A stretch of 32,960 bases of DNA from Ancylonema sp. (Eukaryota): positions 62,001 through 94,960 of the forward strand of contig JBFLGF010000177.1 of assembly GCA_050230475.1 (NCBI GenBank). The letters run 5' to 3'. Position 1 is the first letter of the stretch, and the number at the start of each line of letters is the position of its first letter. This document shows, piece after piece, positions 21,543-32,960 of the stretch. A program made the translations under genes and the position numbers. The notes below the pieces were generated by a model. It saw only the letters and a list, made by a program, of their open reading frames with translations, searched no databases and was not told where the DNA came from.

Positions 21543-24500
21543 TGTGGGGGGGAAGGGGTGGCCAGGCTCGAGAAGCTGGACCACATAAGAAATGCCACAA
21601 GTGCAACGAGCCTAGCCACCTCATGCGAGACTGCCGACGACCACTGCGGCAAGACGGCCAACAGTCATGAGAGCAGGGACGAAATCAAGGAGGGCAGTGG
21701 CAGTTCGGTGGAGGGCGTGGCGGAGGTCAGCAATACGGGAAGAATCGGCAGCAAGGAGGACAACAGCAACAGAATGCCCTGTCGTGTACTTACTGCAAGT
21801 GACCCGGGCATGAGCATGAAGCCTGCACCGTGATGCGGCAGGATGCTGCAAGCCAAGTCAGATGGGCGAATTTTACAAGGGTGCAGAGCTTGGGTTAGCT
21901 CCGCTCGACTTCGGAGGAGGGGTTGGAGAGGGGCATTTTGGGATGGCAGTCTACCCGAGCAGCATTCTATCGGCATCGGAGGAGGGGCAGTATCTGATCC
22001 TGGACACAGGGGCCACGGACCACGTCTTCCCTTGACGTGACTCGTTCCATTCCTACGACCCCACTGTCCCCCTCTGCTGCAGTTTCGTCATAACAGCTGA
22101 CAACAGACTCCATCAGATCATGGGAATTGGGATCGTCGCCACCCAGGTGACCTGTGGAGAGAGGAAGTTCTACTTTGGGTTGCGGTCGCTGCATGTGCCA
22201 TCGCTGGGTTAGACCCTCGTCTCCGTCAACAAGCTCGACAAGGGTGCTCAAATTGTCTTCAATCTCAGTGAGAGTGGGGTGCCATCTCTGTCTTTGGGGG
22301 GTGAAAAGTGGGCATATGTTATGAAAACCAGTTCAAGGTTAGTCCTCCTTTCTGCGCATGTCGTTCATCTCCCATCTACAGCTTCAAAGCCATTGGTGGC
22401 ACTGACCACGTCCGCTAGCATGCTCTGGCACATCAGACTGGGTCACCCTGGTCTTCATGCTATGTCAGACATGTCTAGAAGTGGCGATATACCGAGACTG
22501 ACTACAGAGGAAGTCGAGCAAGTTAAGGCTCGACTTCCTTAAGTCGAGCCAAGTCCTTAAGCAAGATGACTCAGGTGCCACACCGGTCTAGGTCGGACAG
22601 TGATGAGGATCTAGGTCATGCACAAAATATGGGAAGAATCCACTTGGATCTGGTAGGGCCTGTGGCTGTAGTGTCAGCAAATGGGGGGTATCAATATTTC
22701 CAGTCAGGGATAGAGGTTAGCACGAGAGTGTCTTTTGTGAGTTTGTTGAAGAAAAAGAGTGAGGCACTGGAAGTTACCAAGGATTTGGTCCAGATGCTAG
22801 AGGTCGAGTCTGATTTACCGCTAAAGTCGAACAGGACTGACATGGGAGGGGAGTATGACTCACATGACTTCATGACGTACATCTTGAACAGAATGGACTT
22901 TGTGAACGGTTGAATAGAACCTTGATAGAGAAGATGAGATGCCTGCTGCTGTGGAGTGGACTGCCTAAGTCTTATTGGGATATTGCTGTGTTGCATGCAA
23001 ACTGGCTCAGGAATAGGTCACCAACAGCAACATTGGGGGGTGAGAAACCGACTGAGTTGTGGTCAAGGAAGAAGGTTAGGTATCAGGAAAGCCACACGTT
23101 CGGATGCTTGGTCCAGTATTTGAAGGTTGGACACGATAAGAATCCTAAGTGCTAAGTTTGCATCTAGGACAGCTTTTGGGGTGTTTCTGGGGATGGCAGC
23201 TGGGTAGGCAGGGTACATGATTTTCGATCCCGTGCGAGCTGGTCTCATCGTGAGGACGGACGTGCGCTTCTACGACTCCGTGCCAGGCTACCCCCGATTG
23301 ATGGGGCAGAAGGCAGCAGCGCAACCACTTTCCCCTCCCTTAGATGAGCAGTTCTTCAAACTTTTCCCGTGTGGAGAAGATGACGACCCAGCAGCAGCCA
23401 GAGCACCGGGCCATGTCCCAGCAGTCCGTGCAGCCCATGTACCAGCCGTACGGCCACACCAGCCAGAAGTCATCGAGCTCTCGGAGTCAGCGGTCAATGA
23501 TATGGGGGGTGGAGATGAGGAGGAGGAGGTGCAAGGAGGGGGTGCTGAAGGAGGGGGTGCTGAAGCGGGGGTGGAGGAGCAGAGCATCGCGGATCGCGTG
23601 ATGGCGAGGCGACGGGTAGACTTTGCTGAGTTTGGGGATGTATGTTGATGTGATGGGGAAGAGTTGGATGAGGATGTCATTGACACCATTGCATGTGGAC
23701 AGATGCCTGTTGACAACTTTGAGCCTTCATGTTTTTTCAAAGGTTTTAATGGGCCAGTTGATCCAGGTTATGTTCTTGCTAGCCAGACAACTAACTCTTC
23801 TGACCCACTCACCCTTCACCAAGCAAAGAAAAGACCTGAGTGGCAGCAGCGGGAGGACGCAATTCAGACTGAGTTGCAGTCGCTAGAGGACTTCAAAACT
23901 TTCGATGTGTGTGTGCTTCCCCCCGGAAAGCGGCCTGTTGGCTGCAAGTACGTTTTCAAACTCAAACTCTTGCTTTTTGGTGAGATCGAGAGGCATAAGG
24001 TCAGACTGGTAGCTCAAGGATTTCTGCAGCAAGAGGGTGTCGACTATAACGAGGTTTTTGCACCTGTCGTAGATAGCACTTCCATTTCCTTGCTGCTTGC
24101 TATAGCTAACCAGAATGATTGGGAAATTGAGGGTATGGACGTAGCGACTGCCTTTTTGCATGGCAGGCTAGAGGAAGAGGTTTACATGACGATTCCCCCG
24201 GGTATGAAAATCCCAGGTGGTAGTGAAGGCAAGGTGTTAAGAGTGCGAGGTGCCCTATATGGCCTTAAACAGAGTAGCCACGTCTGGGCTAAGATGTTTA
24301 GTGAGTTCATGCTGAAAGTGGGGTTCAAATAGTCTATTATGGACACTTGTATATATAGTACCAAGGGTGAGGGTCAGAGCAAAATTATTTTGGGAATTCA
24401 TGTAGATGATCAGGTCATTGTAGGTCCTAATAAGAAGGTCATTGCAGAATTCAAGAAGGAGTTAGTTGTAACCCCACCAAACTACCCCTTGCCCTTGGAA

Positions 24501-25202
24501 CCCAATTCTCCCTAAGTGATGAACCCTCCTTCCCCCCTACCCCTGAAGCTATCACAGACTTTAGAGGAAAGATAGGAAGTTTAATCTAGGTTAAACATTG
24601 CATACACTGTAGGGGTGCTAGCAGAACACATGTCCAACCCTGGCCCTAACCATACCAAGGCACTTCACCATCTCTTCCGCTATCTAAAGGGTACTCAGGA
24701 TCACGGTCTTACGTTTGTAGGCAAGAAACGCATAGAGATTAAGGGGTTTTGTGATGCGAGTTACAACAGTTGCCCCATGACAGCTAAGTCAGTCACAGGA
24801 TGGGTCACCACAGCAGAAGGGACAGCCCTCAGCTGGAAAAGTCAAAAGCAGTCCACCGTGGCACAGAGTACGGCAGAAGCAGAGTATATTGCACCATGTA
24901 GTGTCAGTAAAGAGTGCTGCTACCTTAAGTCGCTCCTACATGAGCTTAAGATGCCAATTCACATTACTGTTCATACTGGCTCAAACTCAGCCTTGTCCTT
25001 GATCATCAACCCTGTCCAACGCCAGAAGGCCAAACACTTTAACGTGTTCTATCATTGGGTCAGGGAGTGCCACAGAAAGGGTAGACTGAGATATGTGCAT
25101 CTTAGTAGGGAACTGCAGCCTGCATATATGTTGACTAAGGCCTTGCCACAACTCTTGCTAGATAGGCATACGAAGTTTGTAGGTTTTGGAAAAGTCAAAT
25201 AA
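21543..25202 (+). pseudogene. pol: copia gag 3' end and pol (PR, IN, RT, RNase H)
   Basis: Second knuckle CHKCNEPSHLMRDC; ILDTGATDH (PR); WHIRLGHPG; RIHLDLVGP and RTDMGGEY (IN); KVRLVAQGF, MDVATAFLHG, LYGLKQS, HVDD (RT); GFCDASY and STAEAEYIA (RH). Stops and small deletions present. Confidence 0.95.
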
Positions 25203-25765
25203 ATAGGTGGTGCTGGTGAGGAGTTTTCGGATCCACTGCCTAGTCTGGCGGGGGGTGATTTGTGTGATGCAGAGTGGAGGACTACTATTGTTTTCAAAGC
25301 TGAGTCCCTTCCAACTCTCAACCTCTAAAATGTTTCAAGTCCAGAAAAATCTGAAAAAGTTGAAGTCTGAAAATTGAACTTTTACATGTGAACTTGTTTG
25401 AAGCTGAATTTTGGTGTATATGTTTATATTGTCTTTGTGAGTGGTGTATCAAAATCTGAGTTTGTTTTGTTATGTTTTCAAGAAGTTATGCAAGTTTGAA
25501 TTTTCTGACTCAAAACTGGAAAGTGAAAAATGAATTTTTTCTGTTTATGTTTGTCGACTTACTTGTTGTTTTTGTTTGTATGTTCAGGGCTTCGGCCCGA
25601 AAAACGACAAGGAGAGGGAGCGCTTCAATTTCAAGCGTGGTGATTTGAGATGACGTAGATAGGAGCCCCTAGGTTTGATATTTGACTAGGGAAGTCCAAC
25701 TACCCGGCTACATTGTAGGGTAGTCCTCTTTTGCACTAGACAATGCCAAACAAGGCTGTGCATCC

Positions 25766-25775
25766 GAGGGGGAGG
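25766..25775 (+). promoter_or_regulatory. Polypurine tract, copia family B
   Basis: GAGGGGGAGG ends 2 nt before the 3' LTR. Confidence 0.85.
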
Positions 25776-25777
25776 TG

Positions 25778-26250
25778 TGTCAGGAATTGAGTTCGGATAA
25801 GCACATATAATAACGTGTTTGCCTTGTCCGGCTAATTGCCTTAGAGTCTATTAGGACACGGAGCCGGGAATGCTATACCCGGGTATCCGTCCGCACACGG
25901 CACGTCCACACTCGTACGGACGTGACCAAGCTAGTAGTCGTTGTAGACTGCTAGGCGGTGTCACCACCCCATTAGCTGGATTTGTGTGGTGACATTCGAG
26001 TCCGGCATGTTCCGTGGACACACGTGCGGTGGCACGACGGCGGTCGATAGTTCCGACCGTCGGCTAGAAAAGTGTTCAGTAATCATTGTACCGTTGTCGC
26101 CTCGTCGGGTACATTAGCCCGACGAGAACACTTTTCTAAACACATTTCACAATCATACCAAAACGTTGTTGCTTTATCGTACAATTATTTTGTCTTGTAT
26201 TGTAAAGCATTGAACTTGTGCGCTACCGTGTTAAGTGACAAATCGTTTTA
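25778..26250 (+). repeat. 3' LTR, copia family B
   Basis: Direct repeat of 17248-17723, roughly 93-95% identical by eye. Confidence 0.95.
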
Positions 26251-26303
26251 GACCCACTACGCCGGATCATTATGTATGGCCAGTACAGTAACCAACACGG
26301 TTC

Positions 26304-26418
26304 TTAGGGTTTCTTATAATAATTTTGGGTTTGGATTTTTAGGGTTTCGGGTTTCGGGATTTGGGACTAGGGCCTTGGGTCTACGTTTTTGGGTTATTGT
26401 TAAGGATGTTTGGGTTTC
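26304..26418. repeat. Degenerate telomere-like (TTTAGGG-type) repeat patch
   Basis: TTAGGG, TTTTGGG, TTTTAGGG, TTTCGGG x2, TTTGGG and CTAGGG units clustered on one strand. Confidence 0.45.
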
Positions 26419-26940
26419 TGTGCTCAATTTTTACAAGAACATGGGAATAATACTGATGTACAATTTACATTATTTCTTGTACCATTTTGACTAGGTGGAT
26501 TTTAGCTAGGTGGGGATACGTGGTTACCGAGTACACGCTTGGAATATGGGCCATGCGAGATATTATCACTCTCTACCACCTTCCTAGCGCATGACACATC
26601 TCGTAACTCATTTCTCGGTTTTGCAGGGGGTTTTAATTCCAATCAAGACAATGATACATCATCTTCATCACCTTCAATTTGCTAATCCGCTCGCTACCAA
26701 ACTTGAACCACTTGACACAAGGTTGTTGTTAGTTTTTAGGGGCTCTGAACTTTTATTGTTATATCGGTTTTTGTGATTCCGGGTGACATAGCTTAAGTTT
26801 TGTCGCTGTTCAGCAAATGTCGGCCGTGGTACTCGTTGCAATGATTGTGTCGATAATTCTAGCCATCTGGCACAAGTGTCGATAAGAATAGGTTAAGTGG
26901 CAGAATACTCCTTCAGGTTGTAATGTTAACAATTCAGTTA

Positions 26941-27886
26941 GGGCACCTCTTATGACGAGCCGCTTAACCTGTTTTCGTTCCGCTTAGAGGATTTGCGTCC
27001 TAAGTGGGTCAACATTAAGCGGTTTCGCGTTAAAATCCAACCCTTATCGCCATAAAACATCAGAAACCTGAACCGCTTAAGAAGCGCCGTGTTAAATGGA
27101 TTCTCAGACCACTTCAATTTTCCGCTTAATCGCTGATTAAGTGGAAAATTCCACGCGTGCGGCTGCTTAGCCCACATGCGTGAACACTTAGCTGCGCCAA
27201 TAGCAGCGCGTAGCTGAAGTCAATCGCTCGTGTGTGTAACATCACGAGATTCTGGAGACAGGGAGCAGGGGCAACACCATGGCTGAAATCCCTGCGATCT
27301 CACCATCGGAGGTTGCTGACACGATTTGCTAGCGTCGAGTGGATTCTCTACCATGTATTCTGAAATTTTCACAGATCCATTGCTTAAGCAAGTGATCGCT
27401 TGCTGGAAAAACAATGAAAAATGACGTCCTTTCGAGCGTCTATCACCAGTCGCGCGACATTTCGGCTGTATTTCAATTTCTAGTACTCTACATTTGTTAA
27501 TCGTTCAAGATGGTTATTGTGAAATTATTCAGAACGGTGTAGAAATTACGAACAATATGTATATCTTCGCTGTCACATCGACGAAGAATTGACGAACTGC
27601 GGGTAAATCGTGAAAACAGCCCCCTCGAAGAGGGAGGAGAACGAGAGGCCGACGAAAAACGAACAGGCTACCGTGGCAGACGCACATGTGCTTTCGCACG
27701 CGAATTTAAGTTCGTTCTGCGTAACCATCTTTGCGGCCACAAGGGTAGCGTCCTCTGTTTTTTCGAAAACCGGAGATACCCCCGTTTAAGGGGAAAGCTA
27801 AGTGAAACCCGCTTAAATACGGGGTAATGATTACTTCGCTAAGCGGAACGAAAACAGTGCTAAGCGGCTCGTCATAAGAGATGCCC
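26941..27886. mobile_element. PIF/Harbinger (Tourist-like) non-autonomous element, 946 bp
   Basis: About 47-bp TIRs GGGCA(C/T)CTCTTATGACGAGCCGCTTA...CTGTTTTCGTTCCGCTTAG; TTA TSD at 26938-26940 and 27887-27889; internal CCGCTTAA repeats. Confidence 0.9.
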
Positions 27887-28472
27887 TTAGAAGAACAGAT
27901 AGTGCCTCGTGAAGCAATGATGCTACACATTTTCAGAATTCATTTTCCACAAGTCCAACAAACGTTGGGTTTTTTTTTTTGGGTTTTTGGGGTTTTTGGG
28001 CATGTCAAATGTCAGATGTTACTCTCGAATCACGAGGCTTGATGTATAAGTTTAGTGTGATGGAATCATCGTCTCCGAGTTATTGTGAATTGTTGATATT
28101 GGATGTTTCTTCGGTGTATTCAAAATGTGGTTTGAATTTCAAACCAAGTTGGTCCCCAAAATGCTCATAAGAAAGAAGCAACGTACCAGGTAGGTGACAG
28201 CCTCCTATTACTTTCCAGCATGTTGGCAAATAGTAGACATGATGCATGAATGATGGTGCGAAGAGGCAGTCATAAAAATACAGAAGACATTGAAGTTGTG
28301 CCATTATTAATGATCAAATTCCTTAAACTGGGTGTGCCCGGTAAGACGGGCAGCTGTACAAGGGAAGATGGCATGGTACAAATGATGGCACAATTGCAGC
28401 AAAACTACCTAATCTCGACCAGCCGAAACAAACGAAAAATTTCTATACACTATCTCGACAATGTAAATGTAT

Positions 28473-29566
28473 TTACTGGCCGGGCACGAAACTCGTGGCA
28501 TACGCCCACGCGTTGTTGACGGACGGGTCGGCTAAATGGTCGTCGAGGTTCTGGAGGGGGGACTTGCCCGTGACGATGGCCTGGACGAAGAAACCGAACA
28601 TGGAGAACATGGCGAGTCTGCCATTCTTGATCTCCTTCACCTTGAGCTCGGCGAAGGTATCGGGATCGTCAGCCAAACCGAGGGGGTCAAATTGGCCTCC
28701 GGGGTAGATGGGATCGGTCACCTCGCCGAGGGGACCACCAGATACTCTGTAACCCTCAATGGCTCCCATGAGCACCACCTGGATACCGAGGGTGGCCAGA
28801 ATAGACTGTGCGTGGACGAGGCTGGGGTTTCCGAGGTAGTCAAGACCGCCGTCGGAGAAGATCTGGGCTCCGGCCTTGAACCAGACTGCCTCGCCGAACT
28901 TGACTCCGGACTTGGCAAGGAGCTCAGGGGTCAGGCACCCAAGGGCACCGAGCATGGCCCATCGAGCGTGGATGACCTGAAGCATACGAGAAGTAAAGAA
29001 GTCAGCTTCGATGGAACTGACATTTACATCAACGTTGCAAGCATTCCAGCATGCTCACTAGGGGCAGCAGCAGAGAATTCACAAAGAGTTCTTGAAAGGC
29101 AAATGCATACCTCAAGCTCGCGATTCTTGGCGAACGATTCGGGATCCGCAGAGAGGCCAGCTGTATCCCATCCGTAATCTCCTGGGTACTCGCCGGTAAG
29201 GTAGGAAGGGGTGGCAGCGGAGAAAGGACCCAGGAACTTGGGACGGTCCTCGCCATACCTGAGAGCAACAAAGGACGAGGAAAGTTAGGTCGCAGTTGTA
29301 CTCCGTAGTAGGAGTAGGGCAGGCAAAATGAGAGACCGAAACAGCACTTCAGCGCGCAATCTTGGTTTTAAAATTACAACTGACAAGTTCAAGGTGAGTG
29401 GGATGCAAGTATGGATGAAATCTCACCAAATAGACTCGGGGGCACTCTTCACGGTTCTCCTCATGGTCACACGGGCCTCGGCAGATCCGACACTCTTGGC
29501 GAGCTCGGCAGTCTGTCCAACGAAGGTGGACGTCATCACGGCGGGGGAAGCAAGGATGGCGGCCAT
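28473..29566 (-). CDS. Lhcb: Major LHCII chlorophyll a/b-binding protein (Lhcb2/Lhcbm-like), 3 exons: 29566-29427, 29258-29111, 28976-28473; 263 aa
   Basis: The spliced frame is intact: [10 protein letters not shown]...[30 protein letters not shown]...[38 protein letters not shown]...[29 protein letters not shown]...[18 protein letters not shown] introns are 29426-29259 (168 bp, phase 2) and 29110-28977 (134 bp, phase 0). Confidence 0.97.
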
Positions 29567-29717
29567 AGCTGCTGGATGTGAGTTCGAGTGTTGCGTTCAG
29601 AGGGGGGTGGGCAGTGAATTCAGAGGGGAGAATGACTTGATATGAACTTCTCAGCTAGCTTCGTACTCCCGAACGCAAGCTGGCTACGGCTCCTATCTCC
29701 GAAACCAGGGAATGTTG

Positions 29718-29884
29718 CCAATCCAAGTCAAAAAGTACTACTCTGCGATTGGCTGCTTCCTTATCCGGCGGAATACTTTGACTTAAGACTTCAACACCTG
29801 GCATTGTGTTACAATCACGCTTCGCGATTGGCGGATACAAGACTCGCAAAGCATAAAGTACGGATAGCGTATCCCGCGTCCAAT
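29718..29884 (-). promoter_or_regulatory. Probable Lhcb proximal promoter with CCAAT and GATA/I-box motifs
   Basis: I-box-like CCTTATCC 29759-29766; CCAAT/ATTGG at 29718, 29748, 29827 and 29880; CGGATA at 29832 and 29861; located 150-320 bp upstream of the ATG. The motifs are short and untested. Confidence 0.45.
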
Positions 29885-29922
29885 CCTGTGTGTTTCGTTT
29901 CGTCGTCGAAGACCCAAGGTCT

Positions 29923-30166
29923 GGGCTCTAGGGTGCGGGGAGCCCGGAGGCCAATGAGCCCGGTGCCCACAAGATCCGGGCTCATTGAGTCCGGAGCCCA
30001 AAGGTTGGAAAAACCCTCGCCTCCGAGCCCAAGGAGCCCAAAGAGGCCGGAGCCCAGATCGGAGCCCGGATCTCAGAGCCCGGAGCTCAAACCTGTCGGG
30101 CTCATTTGGGCTCCTTTGCCCTCATTTGGGCTCATATGGGCACATTTGGACTCATTTGGGCTCATT
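29923..30166. repeat. GAGCCC/GGGCTC repeat cluster, possibly a truncated hAT-like MITE
   Basis: TAGGGTGC at 29929, many GAGCCC motifs, then tandem 10-bp GGGCTCATTT units (30098-30166). Ends abruptly at the family-C repeat. Confidence 0.5.
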
Positions 30167-30173
30167 ACGTCAA

Positions 30174-30395
30174 TGACGTACCTATAGAGATCGATGACGT
30201 CACTACACGTGCGGCTAGTAAGGCAACCTCAAACATCCTAAGGACACATGCGGACACGTGCGGATAGAAATCCGAACACGTTCATAAAAACATAGCAAGC
30301 AAGCGCTAACTACTTGCATCACAACACACATAGCATCACACCACACCACAACTCACATGCCTAGCGAGACTACAAACATGCAATTTGGTTTTACT
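30174..30395 (-). repeat. Partial tandem copy of the family-C LTR start
   Basis: Direct repeat of 30867-31087. Confidence 0.85.
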
Positions 30396-31087
30396 ACTAT
30401 CCAGGGCAATGGAGACCTTGGTCGCCCAGATACGCCGTGAGTTTGCGATCTGTTCGGCTAATGGGTTCCTCTCAACCTCTAAGCACTACTCAACGCAGCG
30501 GTATCAATACACAGAGTAATGCAAGACACGTGCAAGGCGATGATAGAAGTTCCGGGAAGTTATCAAAAAAGTTAAGGTACAACGCTACTCCTGACCCTAT
30601 TCTAGTACAGTGGGTGAGGCACCCCCGCACGTGAGAAATTAGTGGCAACTCTAGGAGCGTAACGCTTACGATGAAATCTACCCTAAGCCAATCAGAGGCC
30701 GCTGCCAGCAATCGTGATCCGACTTGCAGGCCCGTGGTACACGGTGAACATGTAACTCCTAATAATACATAAAGTAACGCCCGGCTAAGGCGGAGAGCCA
30801 CGCCACTAACCAATCGGCTATAACGGGGGCGTATCCGCTATAAGCAACCCCTACCGCTACGACAGCTGACGTACCTATAGAGATCGATGACGTCACTACA
30901 CGTGCGGCTAGTAAGGCAACCTTAAACATGCTAAGGACACATGCGGACACGTGCGGATAGAGATCCGAACACGTTCCGAACAGCATAGCAAGCAAGCGCT
31001 ACTACTTGCATCACAACACACATAGCATCACACCACACCACAACTCATATGCCTAGCGAGACTACAAACATGCAGTTTGGTTTTACT
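30396..31087 (-). repeat. Probable 3' LTR of gypsy family C (~690 bp)
   Basis: Follows a G9 PPT-like run on the minus strand (31088-31096). Its distal end matches the sequence preceding the gag at 7129-7155. Confidence 0.65.
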
Positions 31088-31352
31088 CCCCCCCCCAAGC
31101 ACTCGGCTGAGAACCGAAGCCAGAGGTTGGCAACTTGAAAGGCAATACAGAAAGCAAGCCCCCCCAAGTCCAACACACCTCCCTAACAAACAGAAGCCTA
31201 CTGATAAGGGCATACCCAAGATCCTAGGGAAATATTAGGCAAAGGTGGGGTCAAACACTTGATATGGAAGCCATCTTGGCACTGGTCACACAGCACAATA
31301 GACTCCTCTTTCTCACGACTACCACACTCATGGCAGTGAACCGGATCTCCGC

Positions 31353-32960
31353 TCAAGTAGCGCTACGGGTATATATTTTTATCAAGGATGGGGAGGGAAC
31401 AGGGAGCCACATCTTGATCTGTTCCTCTATGCGCGCTGCATCCTGCCCCTGTAGAACCACCACCCCAGAACTCTTCCTTCGCACAACTTGCAGAATGTGA
31501 GGATGGCTGGGCACGTCCAGAGTCCCCTCAGTAGGCCGCTTCACCAGCACGAAGTCGCCAAGCTCCACAGAAGTCTTGGGGGCGTCCCAATGTGTGCCTC
31601 GGACCTTCATGAAGCGTACTTTGTCCCGATGTTGCGTGATGGCCAGGTTTCGGAGGGCCAGCGGCATCACGTTGTGGAAGATCTGCCCCCGGGAGTCAAG
31701 AAAAAGGCGGATGGCTTTTGGGTCGTCAAGGTCAGGCAATGGTTGGTCTTCAAGGTCTTGAATCTTGGCAGGGAAGATGGGGTGACGCCCGTAGAGGATG
31801 AAGTAAGGGCTGTACCCCAGGGCACGCTGCTGGGTCATTCTGTAGCCCATGGCAACGTAGGAAGCACCATATCCCAGTTTGCAGCGCAGCGCTCCGGCCT
31901 GGACTTGTTCAAGCTCTGCTTCATCGTCTGGACCAGGCGCTCAGCACCCCCTCAGCACCCCTTTCACGTCTGCGCCCATCCCCTCCCACCAGTAGGCCTT
32001 CTGGAGGAACTTGTGGACGCGCAGCTCCCCAAAGTGGCCCATCTCTGTATGGACCCTCATCATGAGGGAGAGACGCTCATCATGGGGAGGCACGATCAAC
32101 AGCACCCCCCCCGGGAAGACTTTGTAGACGTGACCCCCCAGCCACCTCCACCCAGGGCCCGTCTGTAGACGCGGTCTTTGTCCCTGGCAAGGGCGCCAGC
32201 AGCATGGCGATGATGCTTCTGCAGGTCTAGAACCGGCTGGTCACCCCAGATGTCGCCTGTTGGTGGGGAAAGGGCAGAGGACGAGGAAAGAAGGGTAGAG
32301 GATAGGGGAGGACCCTAGGGCACAGTGGCAGCAGAAGGTGCTGCTTGGTGGAAAGCGAAATAGGTGGCAGGATTGTTGGCAAAGTCCCCAGCTCCTTAGT
32401 AGGCCACCCCCGTAGCGGCACTCCAGAGCACCCCAAGCTCCTCCTGCTGATCCCTGAAAGCGTCTTCTGTAGACGGCAGGGGGAAGCGGCTGCAGCAGTC
32501 AGCGACCACGTTCTCCACCCCTGGCTTATGCTGAATCTCGAACTCGTACTCCTCTAGAAGGAGGGACCGCCGCGCCAGACGCCCCGTCAGCTTGGAGGTC
32601 GTCATCATCCACTTCAGCGTAGCGTGATCTGTGAAAAGGAGGAACTTGGAGCCGATGAGGTAGTGGCGGAAGTGCTGCACGGCCTAGACGACCGCGAGCG
32701 ACTCGCCGTTGCAGCTGCTGTAATTGCGCTCGACCGAGTTGCAACTCCTTGAAGCGTACGCCACCACAAACTCCTGCCCCCCCTCATCCGCTGAGGACGG
32801 CGCCCACGCCGTCCTGGCTCTAGTCAGTCTGCAAGCGGAAGGGCTTGACGTAGTCGGGACGCCTCAGCACCGGGTCCGAGCACAGCAGTCGCCTAAGGTG
32901 GTCGACAGGTGCTTGCTCCACCTCTCCCCAACGCCAGAGGGAGTCCTTTTTCAGCAGCCT
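31353..32960 (-). pseudogene. pol: Ty3/gypsy pol fragment, family C (RT connection, RNase H, partial integrase); runs off the window
   Basis: DPVLRRPDYVKPFRLQTD, QHFRHYLIGSKFLLFTDHATLKW, YEFEIQHKPGVENVVADCCSR (RH), then GYSPYFILYGRHP (IN C-terminal part), in gypsy order. Stops and deletions present. Confidence 0.9.

Larger units (their letters stand above)
17248..26250 (+). mobile_element. Ty1/copia LTR retrotransposon (family B), full length, degenerate, with nested gypsy derivative
   Basis: LTRs 17248-17723 and 25778-26250; perfect TSD GACCC (17243-17247, 26251-26255); PBS, PPT and gag-PR-IN-RT-RH order. Confidence 0.96.

Noticed and set aside
26255..26266. CACTACGCCGGA as a CACTA terminus
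   Set aside because: No partner end or 3-bp TSD; better explained as the copia TSD plus the Tc1-like right TIR.
28536..29177. 213-aa plus-strand ORF
   Set aside because: Antisense shadow of the codon-biased Lhcb exons; it crosses an intron and has no recognisable motif.
29642..30187. 181-aa ORF upstream of Lhcb
   Set aside because: Runs through promoter and GAGCCC repeats; low complexity, no domain.
31488..32168. 226-aa plus-strand ORF
   Set aside because: Antisense to degenerate family-C pol; no independent support.

Overview
Eukaryotic, intron-containing DNA from the green plant lineage (the host class is an inference). One intact host gene is present: a 3-exon major LHCII chlorophyll a/b-binding gene on the minus strand (28473-29566, 263 aa, Lhcb2-like RRTVKSAP N-terminus). 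Most of the rest is nested, decayed transposons. Family A is a Ty3/gypsy chromovirus, present as a near-full copy (1533-7128), an internally deleted copy (18871-21542, minus) and two solo LTRs with 5-bp TSDs. Family B is a Ty1/copia family, present as a full copy with GACCC TSD, TG..TA LTRs and a half-tRNAiMet PBS (17248-26250) and as a fragment (~10500-13870). Family C is a second gypsy family (gag piece 7129-9164; pol and LTR 30174-32960, minus). There are also non-autonomous Tc1/mariner-like, hAT-like and PIF/Harbinger DNA elements and an (AC)87 tract. The most interesting signals are all in family A: a putative tRNA-independent self-priming site paired with an LTR hairpin, an apparent swap of the U5-leader-gag module between subfamilies that share a near-identical integrase, and a recoding signal at the gag-pol junction. 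I found no CRISPR array, RNA gene or clearly new multi-gene system. All alignments and identity figures were done by eye.
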